Shown here: piece by piece, positions 16,004-22,828 of the stretch
Layout of the letters: each line of letters starts with the position of its first letter
How positions within the stretch are numbered: the stretch's first letter is position 1
Source of the DNA: Candidatus Electrothrix sp. GW3-4
GTDB taxonomy: Bacteria; Desulfobacterota; Desulfobulbia; Desulfobulbales; Desulfobulbaceae
NCBI RefSeq assembly: GCF_037902255.1
Contig: NZ_CP147990.1
Span: 3,510,001 to 3,542,000, forward strand
DNA length: 32,000 nt
Direction: 5' to 3'
Made by a program: the position numbers and the translations under genes
Notes under the pieces: model-generated
Seen by the model: only the letters and a program-made list of their open reading frames with translations
Told to the model about the DNA's origin: nothing
Databases searched by the model: none

Positions 16004-16948
16004 TCAGCCTCCACCACCACCGCAGCATCCGCCTCCTCCCCCGGAACTGCCGCCGCCGAAGCCTCCTCCGCCAGCATAGCCGCTTCCGGTGTAACCGCTA
16101 CTGCTGCTTCCTCCACTGCTGCTTCCTCCGCCACCACCTTTGCTGATCAAAAAGATAACGAAGCCGATGATGATAAGTATGCAAACGCCACCGAATGCTT
16201 CTCCTGCGTCGCTATCAGAGCGTTTTGCATTCCGGTGTTTTGATACAGCAGCTTTCTTTTTTCCATTAGTAATTTCAGCTTGCTGCCATCCCGGCATTGA
16301 AATATTCAAAACATCGTGCGGAAAAACAACCTGCACCTCCAGCTCCTTGCCCGGCGGCATCGCATCTTTTGCAACAAACTCAACCGTCTGCTCATCAGCT
16401 TGCCGAGCCTCGGCAGGCACACCGAAGCTCTTAAAGCTGCTGATCTTTCCAGCCAAGGCATCCGGCAGGCACACGGTGACTTTGCCGCTGTGAATCGGTG
16501 CGGAGCGGTCTTTGAAGATGGCTTTGACGTATACCCAATCATCTTCACCATGAACTTGGATGCCACCAATGATCCGATATTTGAGTACAAAGGTATGACT
16601 TTCCGGCGGGTTCAGCTCATGCCGCCATTTGACCCACCGCTGCCCATTTTTGATATTTGTTGTAATTGGGAGCTTCTCGCCGTCCTCAAAAACCTCGAAA
16701 TAACCAACGCCATCCGTTTTGTCCAACGGAATATAGCGATAGCGTTCGTTGGTATGCGGCCCGGTGAAAACGTATTTCTGGGTCTCGGTGACCAGCATGT
16801 CGCCGTTTGCCTGCACATCAATCAGCACATTGATGAAATCCCAGTAAAAGGGCGGGGATTTCGCCGATGCTGTTTGAGTATTCAGTAAAAATACAGCAAG
16901 TACGATCACCTGAACAGAGACTGCAAGCAGTTGTCTGAGGCACTTCAT
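16004..16948 (-). CDS. DUF2207-like exo-domain protein, paralog A (signal peptide + ~200-aa domain + TM anchor + Gly/Ser/Tyr tail ending GGGGGCCGGGGG)
   Basis: 314 aa with SD aggaggaatc. The Sec signal is MKCLRQLLAVSVQVIVLAVFLLNTQTASA. FYWDFINVLIDVQANGDMLVTETQKYVFTG....ERYRYIPL matches the recalled N-terminal pattern of DUF2207 (PF09972). The TM is VCILIIIGFVIFLI, and the Gly-rich C-terminus is typical of DUF2207 ends. Confidence 0.75.
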   Translation of the reverse strand: MKCLRQLLAVSVQVIVLAVFLLNTQTASAKSPPFYWDFINVLIDVQANGDMLVTETQKYVFTGPHTNERYRYIPLDKTDGVGYFEVFEDGEKLPITTNIKNGQRWVKWRHELNPPESHTFVLKYRIIGGIQVHGEDDWVYVKAIFKDRSAPIHSGKVTVCLPDALAGKISSFKSFGVPAEARQADEQTVEFVAKDAMPPGKELEVQVVFPHDVLNISMPGWQQAEITNGKKKAAVSKHRNAKRSDSDAGEAFGGVCILIIIGFVIFLISKGGGGGSSSGGSSSSGYTGSGYAGGGGFGGGSSGGGGGCCGGGGG

Positions 16949-17010
16949 GATTCCTCCTATGTTTTTGCTTTTCAGAAAGATACGTTGACAGATTTCATGT
17001 TGAGATATTC

Positions 17011-17039
17011 TTGCAAAAAGTTCACATTTCAGCTAACAT
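17011..17039 (+). promoter_or_regulatory. Sigma70-like promoter candidate for the toxin-antitoxin pair (possibly leaderless transcript)
   Basis: TTGCAA (17011-17016), a 17-nt spacer, then TAACAT (17034-17039). The ATG at 17046 is only 6 nt after the -10 element, and no SD is present. Confidence 0.4.
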
Positions 17040-17045
17040 CTAGAC

Positions 17046-17393
17046 ATGCGACAGATACTATTTTTCCGAAATCAGTCAGGCAGATCACCTGTTGAAAATT
17101 TTCTACACACGTTAACGCCGCAACAAAAGAAAAAAGCAGCGTTTGTTCTGGCTCTGGTTCAGGAACTGCCAGTTGTTCCCAAGGAATATTTCAAAAAGCT
17201 CAAGGGCTGCGACGACCTTTGGGAAGTCAGAATCAAATCCGGCAATAACGCCTTTCGTCTGCTGGGATTTTTTGACGGTACAAAACTCATCGTGCTGAAC
17301 CATGCTTTTGCCAAAAAAACGCAGAAGACCCCGAAAAAAGAAATCCTTGTAGCGGAACAGCGCAAAAAAGAATATTTGAGGTTCAAACAATGA
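17046..17393 (+). CDS. Type II toxin, RelE/ParE superfamily (Gp49/HigB-like, DUF891-type)
   Basis: 115 aa. F.NQSGRSPVENFL..L.PQQKKK....L..L...P.....YFKKLKG.DDLWEVRIKSGNNAFRLLGFFDG.KLIVLNHAF.KKTQKTPKKEI is the recalled Gp49-like toxin pattern. It has an ATGA overlap with the downstream HTH gene. Confidence 0.85.
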   Translation: MRQILFFRNQSGRSPVENFLHTLTPQQKKKAAFVLALVQELPVVPKEYFKKLKGCDDLWEVRIKSGNNAFRLLGFFDGTKLIVLNHAFAKKTQKTPKKEILVAEQRKKEYLRFKQ

Positions 17394-17665
17394 GTGACGT
17401 AACACAATTTATTCATGACTGCAAACAGCGGCATCCTGATGAATTTAAAAATTTTGATAAAGAATACGAAACATTCAAGCTTGGTGTCCTTTTGAAGCAG
17501 GCCCGCAGCGAAGCCGGGCTGACCCAGGAAGAAGTTGCCCGGCGTCTGAAAACAACCAAATCCGCAATATCCAGAATGGAAAACCATGCGAATGATATCC
17601 GCTTATCCACTCTGGAAAAGTTTGCCACTGCTGTCGGCAGACAGCTTTCCGTTGCCTTGAAGTAA
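17390..17665 (+). CDS. XRE-family HTH antitoxin (HigA-like)
   Basis: 91 aa. LKQARSEAGLTQEEVARRLKTTKSAISRMENHANDIRLSTLEKFATAVGRQL is a canonical HTH_3 domain, translationally coupled to the toxin. Confidence 0.9.
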   Translation: MSDVTQFIHDCKQRHPDEFKNFDKEYETFKLGVLLKQARSEAGLTQEEVARRLKTTKSAISRMENHANDIRLSTLEKFATAVGRQLSVALK

Positions 17666-17774
17666 ATCCCCCCTCCTACGCTTTGGGTTCCAGGCTTTCC
17701 CTCTCCCTCGCCTCACCCTCAATAGCCGCGGATAAAGGGTGCGGTGAGGAGTCGTTCGGTATCCGGCTCACGTC

Positions 17775-18731
17775 TCAACCGCCACCACCACCGCAGCATC
17801 CACCACCTCCACCGGAACTGCCGCCCCCGAAACCTCCGCCGCCAGAATAGCCGCTTCCGGTGTAACCGCTACTTCCTCCGCTGCCACCACCACCTCCGCG
17901 AAATATTTTTCCACAAAGCATCGGAATTCCAAAAAATAATGCAATAGGAGCTGCCACCTTAATAAAAGCTAATAGAAAATACCAAATGTCTTGCCAGCTT
18001 AATTTGTGGGAATTGGCAGCCTGTATCTGTTCCGCTCTCTTTTTCCAATAAGCAGGGTCTCTTTTTGGCTGTTCAGGCTCTGGAATCTGAATCACCCCAT
18101 GCGGAACAGCAACCCGTACCTCCAGCTCCTGCCCCGGCGGCAGAGTACCTTTTGCGACAAACTCAACCGTCTGTTCATCAACCTGCCGGGCCTCGGCAGG
18201 TACGCCGAAGCTCTTGAAGCTGCTGATCTTTCCAGACAGTGAATCCGGCAGGCGTACGGTCACTTTGCCGCTCTCAATCGGTGCGGAGCGGTCTTTGAAG
18301 ATGGCTTTGACGTACACCCAATCTTCTTCGCCATGAACTTGGATACCACCTTTAACTCGATATTTCAGCACAAAGGTATGGCTTTCCGGCGGGTTCAGCT
18401 CGTGCCGCCATTTAACCCACCGCTGCCCGTTCTTGATATTTGTACTGAACGGAAGTTTCTCTTCGCCTTCATAGACTTCGATCTGATCAATGCCGTCCAC
18501 TTTATCCAGCGGAATATAGCGGTATCGTTCATTGGTATGCGGCCCGGTGAAAACGTATTTCTGGGTTTCGGTAATCAGCATGTCACCGTTCTGCTGCACA
18601 TCAATCAGTACATTGATGAAATCCCAGTAAAAGGGCGGAGATTTCGCCGATGCTGTTTGAGTATTCAGTAAAAATACTGCAAGTACGATTGCCCGGACAG
18701 ACACTGCGAGCAGTTGTCTGAGGCACTTCAT
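17775..18731 (-). CDS. DUF2207-like exo-domain protein, paralog B (signal peptide + domain + TM + Gly tail ending GGGGGCCGGGGG)
   Basis: The start was moved to MKCLRQ (18731), which has a perfect SD (aaggaggaacc) and matches the paralog starts. The track ORF extends 19 codons further upstream without support. The protein is highly similar to paralog A over its whole length. Confidence 0.75.
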   Translation of the reverse strand: MKCLRQLLAVSVRAIVLAVFLLNTQTASAKSPPFYWDFINVLIDVQQNGDMLITETQKYVFTGPHTNERYRYIPLDKVDGIDQIEVYEGEEKLPFSTNIKNGQRWVKWRHELNPPESHTFVLKYRVKGGIQVHGEEDWVYVKAIFKDRSAPIESGKVTVRLPDSLSGKISSFKSFGVPAEARQVDEQTVEFVAKGTLPPGQELEVRVAVPHGVIQIPEPEQPKRDPAYWKKRAEQIQAANSHKLSWQDIWYFLLAFIKVAAPIALFFGIPMLCGKIFRGGGGGSGGSSGYTGSGYSGGGGFGGGSSGGGGGCCGGGGG

Positions 18732-18820
18732 GGTTCCTCCTTTATTATAAAATGCATGCTGTTGGTTGATAGAAACAATCAGCTCCATCTGCTAGAGAAA
18801 TATCCTCATGTTTCAACCTG

Positions 18821-20098
18821 CTATTCCCACCTTTTTCTTTTCCAATGCGTCTCCCTCTTTCTTTGCCATTGAGGTTTCGATACTTCAAGCGCATCATGCG
18901 GAAGGGTAATTCGAATATTAAGAGCATGTTTTGGCGGCACTATTCGCTGTGAGACCAACTCCACCGTACGCTCATCGCTCTTCCAATATTCCATACCAGG
19001 ACTCTTAACACTAAGAATCTTTCCAATAAACGAATCCGGCAAACGAATTGTTACTTTGCTTTTCTGAACGGGAATAGGATGCTTTCCCGAAATAGGAGTC
19101 ACCAAAAGCACATCTTCCTTTTCCTGAAAAAGTAAACTCCCCATAATGCGATATTTAAGATTGAAAGTATGAGTATCAGGCGGATCCATATTGTGTAACC
19201 AGCTAATTACAAAGCGATTATCTTGCGTCTTTATTTTTACAGGCAGCTCATCATCACCTTCACAAACTTCAATCTGATCAACGCGGTCCGCTGTTTCCAG
19301 CGAGAAATAACGATATCGCTCGTTCCTGTATAATCCACTAAAAACGTACTTTCTGGTTTCATCCACCAACATATCACCGTTTTTCTGCACATCAACAAGC
19401 ATCTTCTGCTCATCAATAGACACATTGGTGACATCCCAATAGACTTGTGGAAAAAAAATCTGCACCCCTAACTCCTGGTCCGGGGATAATGGCCCTTTTG
19501 AAATAATCTCTATCGTTCTCTCATCAAGTTTTTGAGTATCAGTTGGTACACCGAACGATTTAAAATCTTCTATTTTTTCCCTCAGGAAATCTGGTAGCCG
19601 TATTGTCACTTTGCCGCTCTGAACGGGTGCTGCGCGATTTCCCAGAATAGCTCTTAATGATAGAAAATCTTTTCCTTTATATGCCTGAACAACCCCCTTA
19701 TACGCCTGTATACCATCCACGATCCGATACTTGAGGACAAAAGTACGACTCTCCGGTGGATTCAGTGTGTGTTGCCATGTGATCCTCTGTTGATTATTTA
19801 TGATATCCGTGCTGATCAGAATTTTTTCTTCCTCTTCAAAAACTTCAATCTGATCAACATGGTCCACATCCTGCAACGGAATATACCGAGATCGCTCATT
19901 GCTGCACAGCCCGGTGAAGACATACTTCTGCGTCTCGGTCACCAGCATGTCACCGTTTTGCTGGACATCAATCAGCACATTGATGAAGTCCCAGTAAAAG
20001 GGCGGTGATTTCGCCGATGCTGTTTGAGTATTCAGTAAAAATAATCCAAGTACGATTGCCTGGACAGAGACTGTAAACACTTGTCTGAGGCACTTCAT
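18821..20098 (-). CDS. DUF2207-like exo-domain protein, paralog C (two tandem domain copies, no TM anchor or Gly tail)
   Basis: 425 aa. The first ~70 aa are near-identical to A/B. A second domain copy begins VYWDVTNVSIDEQKMLVDVQKNGDMLVDETRKYVFSG.YRNERYRYF. The protein ends in a basic stretch, QWQRKRETHWKRKRWE. Confidence 0.7.
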   Translation of the reverse strand: MKCLRQVFTVSVQAIVLGLFLLNTQTASAKSPPFYWDFINVLIDVQQNGDMLVTETQKYVFTGLCSNERSRYIPLQDVDHVDQIEVFEEEEKILISTDIINNQQRITWQHTLNPPESRTFVLKYRIVDGIQAYKGVVQAYKGKDFLSLRAILGNRAAPVQSGKVTIRLPDFLREKIEDFKSFGVPTDTQKLDERTIEIISKGPLSPDQELGVQIFFPQVYWDVTNVSIDEQKMLVDVQKNGDMLVDETRKYVFSGLYRNERYRYFSLETADRVDQIEVCEGDDELPVKIKTQDNRFVISWLHNMDPPDTHTFNLKYRIMGSLLFQEKEDVLLVTPISGKHPIPVQKSKVTIRLPDSFIGKILSVKSPGMEYWKSDERTVELVSQRIVPPKHALNIRITLPHDALEVSKPQWQRKRETHWKRKRWE

Positions 20099-20121
20099 GG
20101 TTCCTCCTTTCTTGTTGGTTG

Positions 20122-20346
20122 TCAGAAAGATGCGTTGATCAGGTTCAGTCGCCGTACCTCTACGGAACTACCGCCTTCGACCTCCCCTGCGCCGACCCAG
20201 CCATCGTCTATACCCCCCTCCGCAACTGCCTCTATAGTAGTTCCCTCTGCCCCGTCGAAAGAAGCCTTTATACAGGCCGGAAAAAAGAAATATAAAAAAA
20301 CTATGATGAAGCCAACGATGAAAAATGTAAACACTCCGAAGCTCAT
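20122..20346 (-). CDS. Small single-TM ORF of uncertain frame (possible decayed TM+tail module)
   Basis: 74 aa. The hydrophobic start FGVFTFFIVGFIIVFLYFFF is followed by an acidic tail. An alternative frame after the T6 run gives an Arg/Gly/Tyr tail. It sits between the membrane-module gene and paralog C. Confidence 0.3.
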   Translation of the reverse strand: MSFGVFTFFIVGFIIVFLYFFFPACIKASFDGAEGTTIEAVAEGGIDDGWVGAGEVEGGSSVEVRRLNLINASF

Positions 20347-20377
20347 TTTTTCTATGACTCTCCCTCGTTATTGCTTT

Positions 20378-21658
20378 TCAATTGTATGCGACTGTAAGTA
20401 AATGATCAGCCACCACCTCCTCCCCTCCACCGCCACCACCACCACCGCCACCGCCGCCACCTCCACCACCACCTTCTCCGCCAGCTCCACCACCATGACT
20501 TATATTGTCGTCTGTAAAACCAAATGCTTTTTCTATCAGTTCAAAGAAACGCTCTGTATGCCCTGTAATAGGAGTAAAAACAGCATCACCGGAAATGTCG
20601 TGCAGACGAATCCAGTCTGGTATTATTGCTTGATTTCTATAATTATATTCATTTTGATGAATCCATTCTGATCCTTTTCCTAACGCAATTGCATAAGGCA
20701 GGTATTTATAAAATTCTTCAGTTTTTTTTGTTGGTGAGAGGTTATTGACAAACCTCCGCCATTTTGCTCTTTTAATCATTCCTATCTTGGTTGGTTGAAT
20801 CCTTCCAAGGCGTTTAAACTGTTTTTCACAATAAATAAAGACAGGGGTGATAGAACACAAAAGAAAGCCTATGGTTACAGCCCCTGTTGTATAATGATAA
20901 TTATCACCAGAATAAGAAGTAAAGATTTCACCTTTACCCCAGATAATTATTTCCGAACCAAAAAGAATTAAACCTAATCCGCCAAACAGAAAAAAAATTG
21001 CTAGGAACATCAGTCTAATGTTACGAGATCGGTCTTTCTTTATAGCTGGAATATCCTTTCGCAGGAGATCTTTTTTTTCTAAAAATAAGAAGATATCGTG
21101 TTCCACTTTATTTGTAATCGATTTCAAATTTAAAGAGGAAAGATTTGTTTTAGAAGAAGGCAATGATTCTAAAATTTTCTTTTCCCATAATATATCCGAA
21201 GTATCTTTTTTAGTAGAAAGGTAGTAATCATATCTTTTGAAAAAAAATCCTCTTCTTTCATGAATATCGATTTGCAGCAGTCCTTTGTTGCACATTTCAA
21301 TAGTCAAAGATCTTACTGTTTTCTTGCTGATCTCAACAATTTCCAGCAAGGAAACCGCTGCCGCTGGCAAATCATCTGGTGGATCGTTTTCTTGAAGTAA
21401 ACTTTCATAGCAAAGTGAAGCAGTATCTTCACTTTTTTCTGCTTCTCGAATAAATCGAGCTGTCAATATCCAGCCTAATATAAAACAAAGACAACCAGTT
21501 AGGATGATTGAGCCTGCTAGAGGCATATCGAACAAGCTGGAGACTACTGCGGGCAAAAACGGCGCGGCACAAAGCAGCGCGACGATAACGATAAAGAGTG
21601 TGGAAAATATTTTTTCGCCTAGTGTAACGCCGAATTGATCTTTCTGATTTTTATTCAT
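20378..21658 (-). CDS. DUF2207-like membrane module protein (central/C-terminal half: N-terminal TM helices, cytoplasmic region, further TM helices, 17-Gly run)
   Basis: 426 aa. DPPDDLPAAAVSLLE...KGLLQI......YDYYL, later YLPYAIALGKGSEW and the terminal poly-Gly match my recollection of the post-TM part of DUF2207 proteins. It has no exo-domain. The gene is AT-rich with no obvious SD, so the start is uncertain. Confidence 0.6.
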   Translation of the reverse strand: MNKNQKDQFGVTLGEKIFSTLFIVIVALLCAAPFLPAVVSSLFDMPLAGSIILTGCLCFILGWILTARFIREAEKSEDTASLCYESLLQENDPPDDLPAAAVSLLEIVEISKKTVRSLTIEMCNKGLLQIDIHERRGFFFKRYDYYLSTKKDTSDILWEKKILESLPSSKTNLSSLNLKSITNKVEHDIFLFLEKKDLLRKDIPAIKKDRSRNIRLMFLAIFFLFGGLGLILFGSEIIIWGKGEIFTSYSGDNYHYTTGAVTIGFLLCSITPVFIYCEKQFKRLGRIQPTKIGMIKRAKWRRFVNNLSPTKKTEEFYKYLPYAIALGKGSEWIHQNEYNYRNQAIIPDWIRLHDISGDAVFTPITGHTERFFELIEKAFGFTDDNISHGGGAGGEGGGGGGGGGGGGGGGGGEEVVADHLLTVAYN

Positions 21659-21898
21659 TTTTACATTAACATGTCAAGAAGTTGTCGGTGTCATGTTCCA
21701 GCTTTCAACAGGGGGATGCCTGCTCCTGCTATTTGTGGTTATCAGAATTGCCGAATGAGATGTGTTGATTATAAATTCGATGATAAAAACTCAGCCGCCC
21801 CCGTCCCCGTCCCCGCCTCCTTTATTACTGATGATGGCAAAAATAATTTCAGCAACTTTTGAATCCTGAGAAGTTAATTGCCCGAACTAAAAGGGTCG

Positions 21899-22792
21899 TT
21901 ACCCCACCCTCCGATCCTCGCTCACCATCCGCCGCTGAAAAAAGGTCAGGCAGAGGACGATAATGAAAAAGACCACGGTCATGGCGGAACCACGGGCAAT
22001 CTGCTGGCGTTCAAAAGCAGCACGCACCGCCTCGAAGACCACAGTGGCGGTGGCATTCAGCGGGCCGCCCTTAGTCATGATCTGGACCTGATCAAAGAGC
22101 CGGAAGGAGAGGATGGTAGTCACCGAGACCACGAACAGGGTGGTGTTGCGCAGGCAGGGAAAGGTGACATGCCAGAACTGCTGCCAGGAATTGGCCCCGT
22201 CCAGCCGGGCCGCCTCGTAGAGTTCTTCTGAAATATCCTGGAGTCCGGCAAGATAGACGATCATCTGGAACCCGGCCCCCTGCCAGATAGAGACCACCAT
22301 GATCGCGGGCAGGGCAAGGAATTGGTTATGGAGGAAATCCTGCGGCTCCCAGATCCCGAAGGTCAGCAGCTCAAGCACAGAGTTAATCACCCCGTTCGGA
22401 CCGGGCGCGTAAAGGAGCATCCAGACCACGGAGATCAGGGCGAAAGGGAAGATCACCGGCAGGAAAAACAGGGTGCGGAAGACCACCATGCCGGGCAGCT
22501 TGCGGTTCACCAGCAGGGCAAGAAGCAGGGCGCAGCCGGTCTGGGCTGGCACCACGACCACGGCAAAGATCAGGTTATTGAGCAGTGCCCGGAGAAAAAC
22601 AGGGTCTTGGAGGATGCGGGCGTAATGCTGCAGGCCGACAAAGGTCAGCGGCAAAGGCGAGGCCAATTTCAGATTGGTGAAGGAAAGGATCAGGGCCAGG
22701 AGAAAGGGCAGGCCGATAAAAAGGCCCAGACCGGTGAGTGCCGGGGTGGCCATGAGCCAGCCCACCCGGTTGTCGTTGTGCAAGCTGTTCAT
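21899..22792 (-). CDS. Carbohydrate ABC transporter permease (MalF/UgpA-like)
   Basis: 297 aa with six TM segments. The EAA loop reads ELYEAARLDGANSWQQFWHVTFPCLRN. Confidence 0.93.
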   Translation of the reverse strand: MNSLHNDNRVGWLMATPALTGLGLFIGLPFLLALILSFTNLKLASPLPLTFVGLQHYARILQDPVFLRALLNNLIFAVVVVPAQTGCALLLALLVNRKLPGMVVFRTLFFLPVIFPFALISVVWMLLYAPGPNGVINSVLELLTFGIWEPQDFLHNQFLALPAIMVVSIWQGAGFQMIVYLAGLQDISEELYEAARLDGANSWQQFWHVTFPCLRNTTLFVVSVTTILSFRLFDQVQIMTKGGPLNATATVVFEAVRAAFERQQIARGSAMTVVFFIIVLCLTFFQRRMVSEDRRVG

Positions 22793-22828
22793 AAGGAAAA
22801 CCTCTGCTGTTGTATACTCTCTGTGCTG

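Noticed and set aside
16004-16140. GGN/CCN-rich repetitive DNA (also 17775-17900 and 20423-20473), considered as a CRISPR array, tandem-repeat array or G-quadruplex element
   Set aside because: There is no repeat-spacer periodicity. The tracts are in-frame Gly/Ser codons at the 3' ends of supported ORFs.
16316-16888. 190-aa plus-strand ORF (and its counterpart 18333..18671)
   Set aside because: It is antisense to DUF2207-like paralogs A and B. Those genes have SDs, signal peptides and mutually conserved protein sequence, and the antisense frames are simply duplicated with them.
18732-18788. 19-codon extension (MELIVSINQQHAFYNKGGT) of paralog B
   Set aside because: It contains the SD (aaggagga) for the MKCLRQ start that is conserved in all three paralogs.
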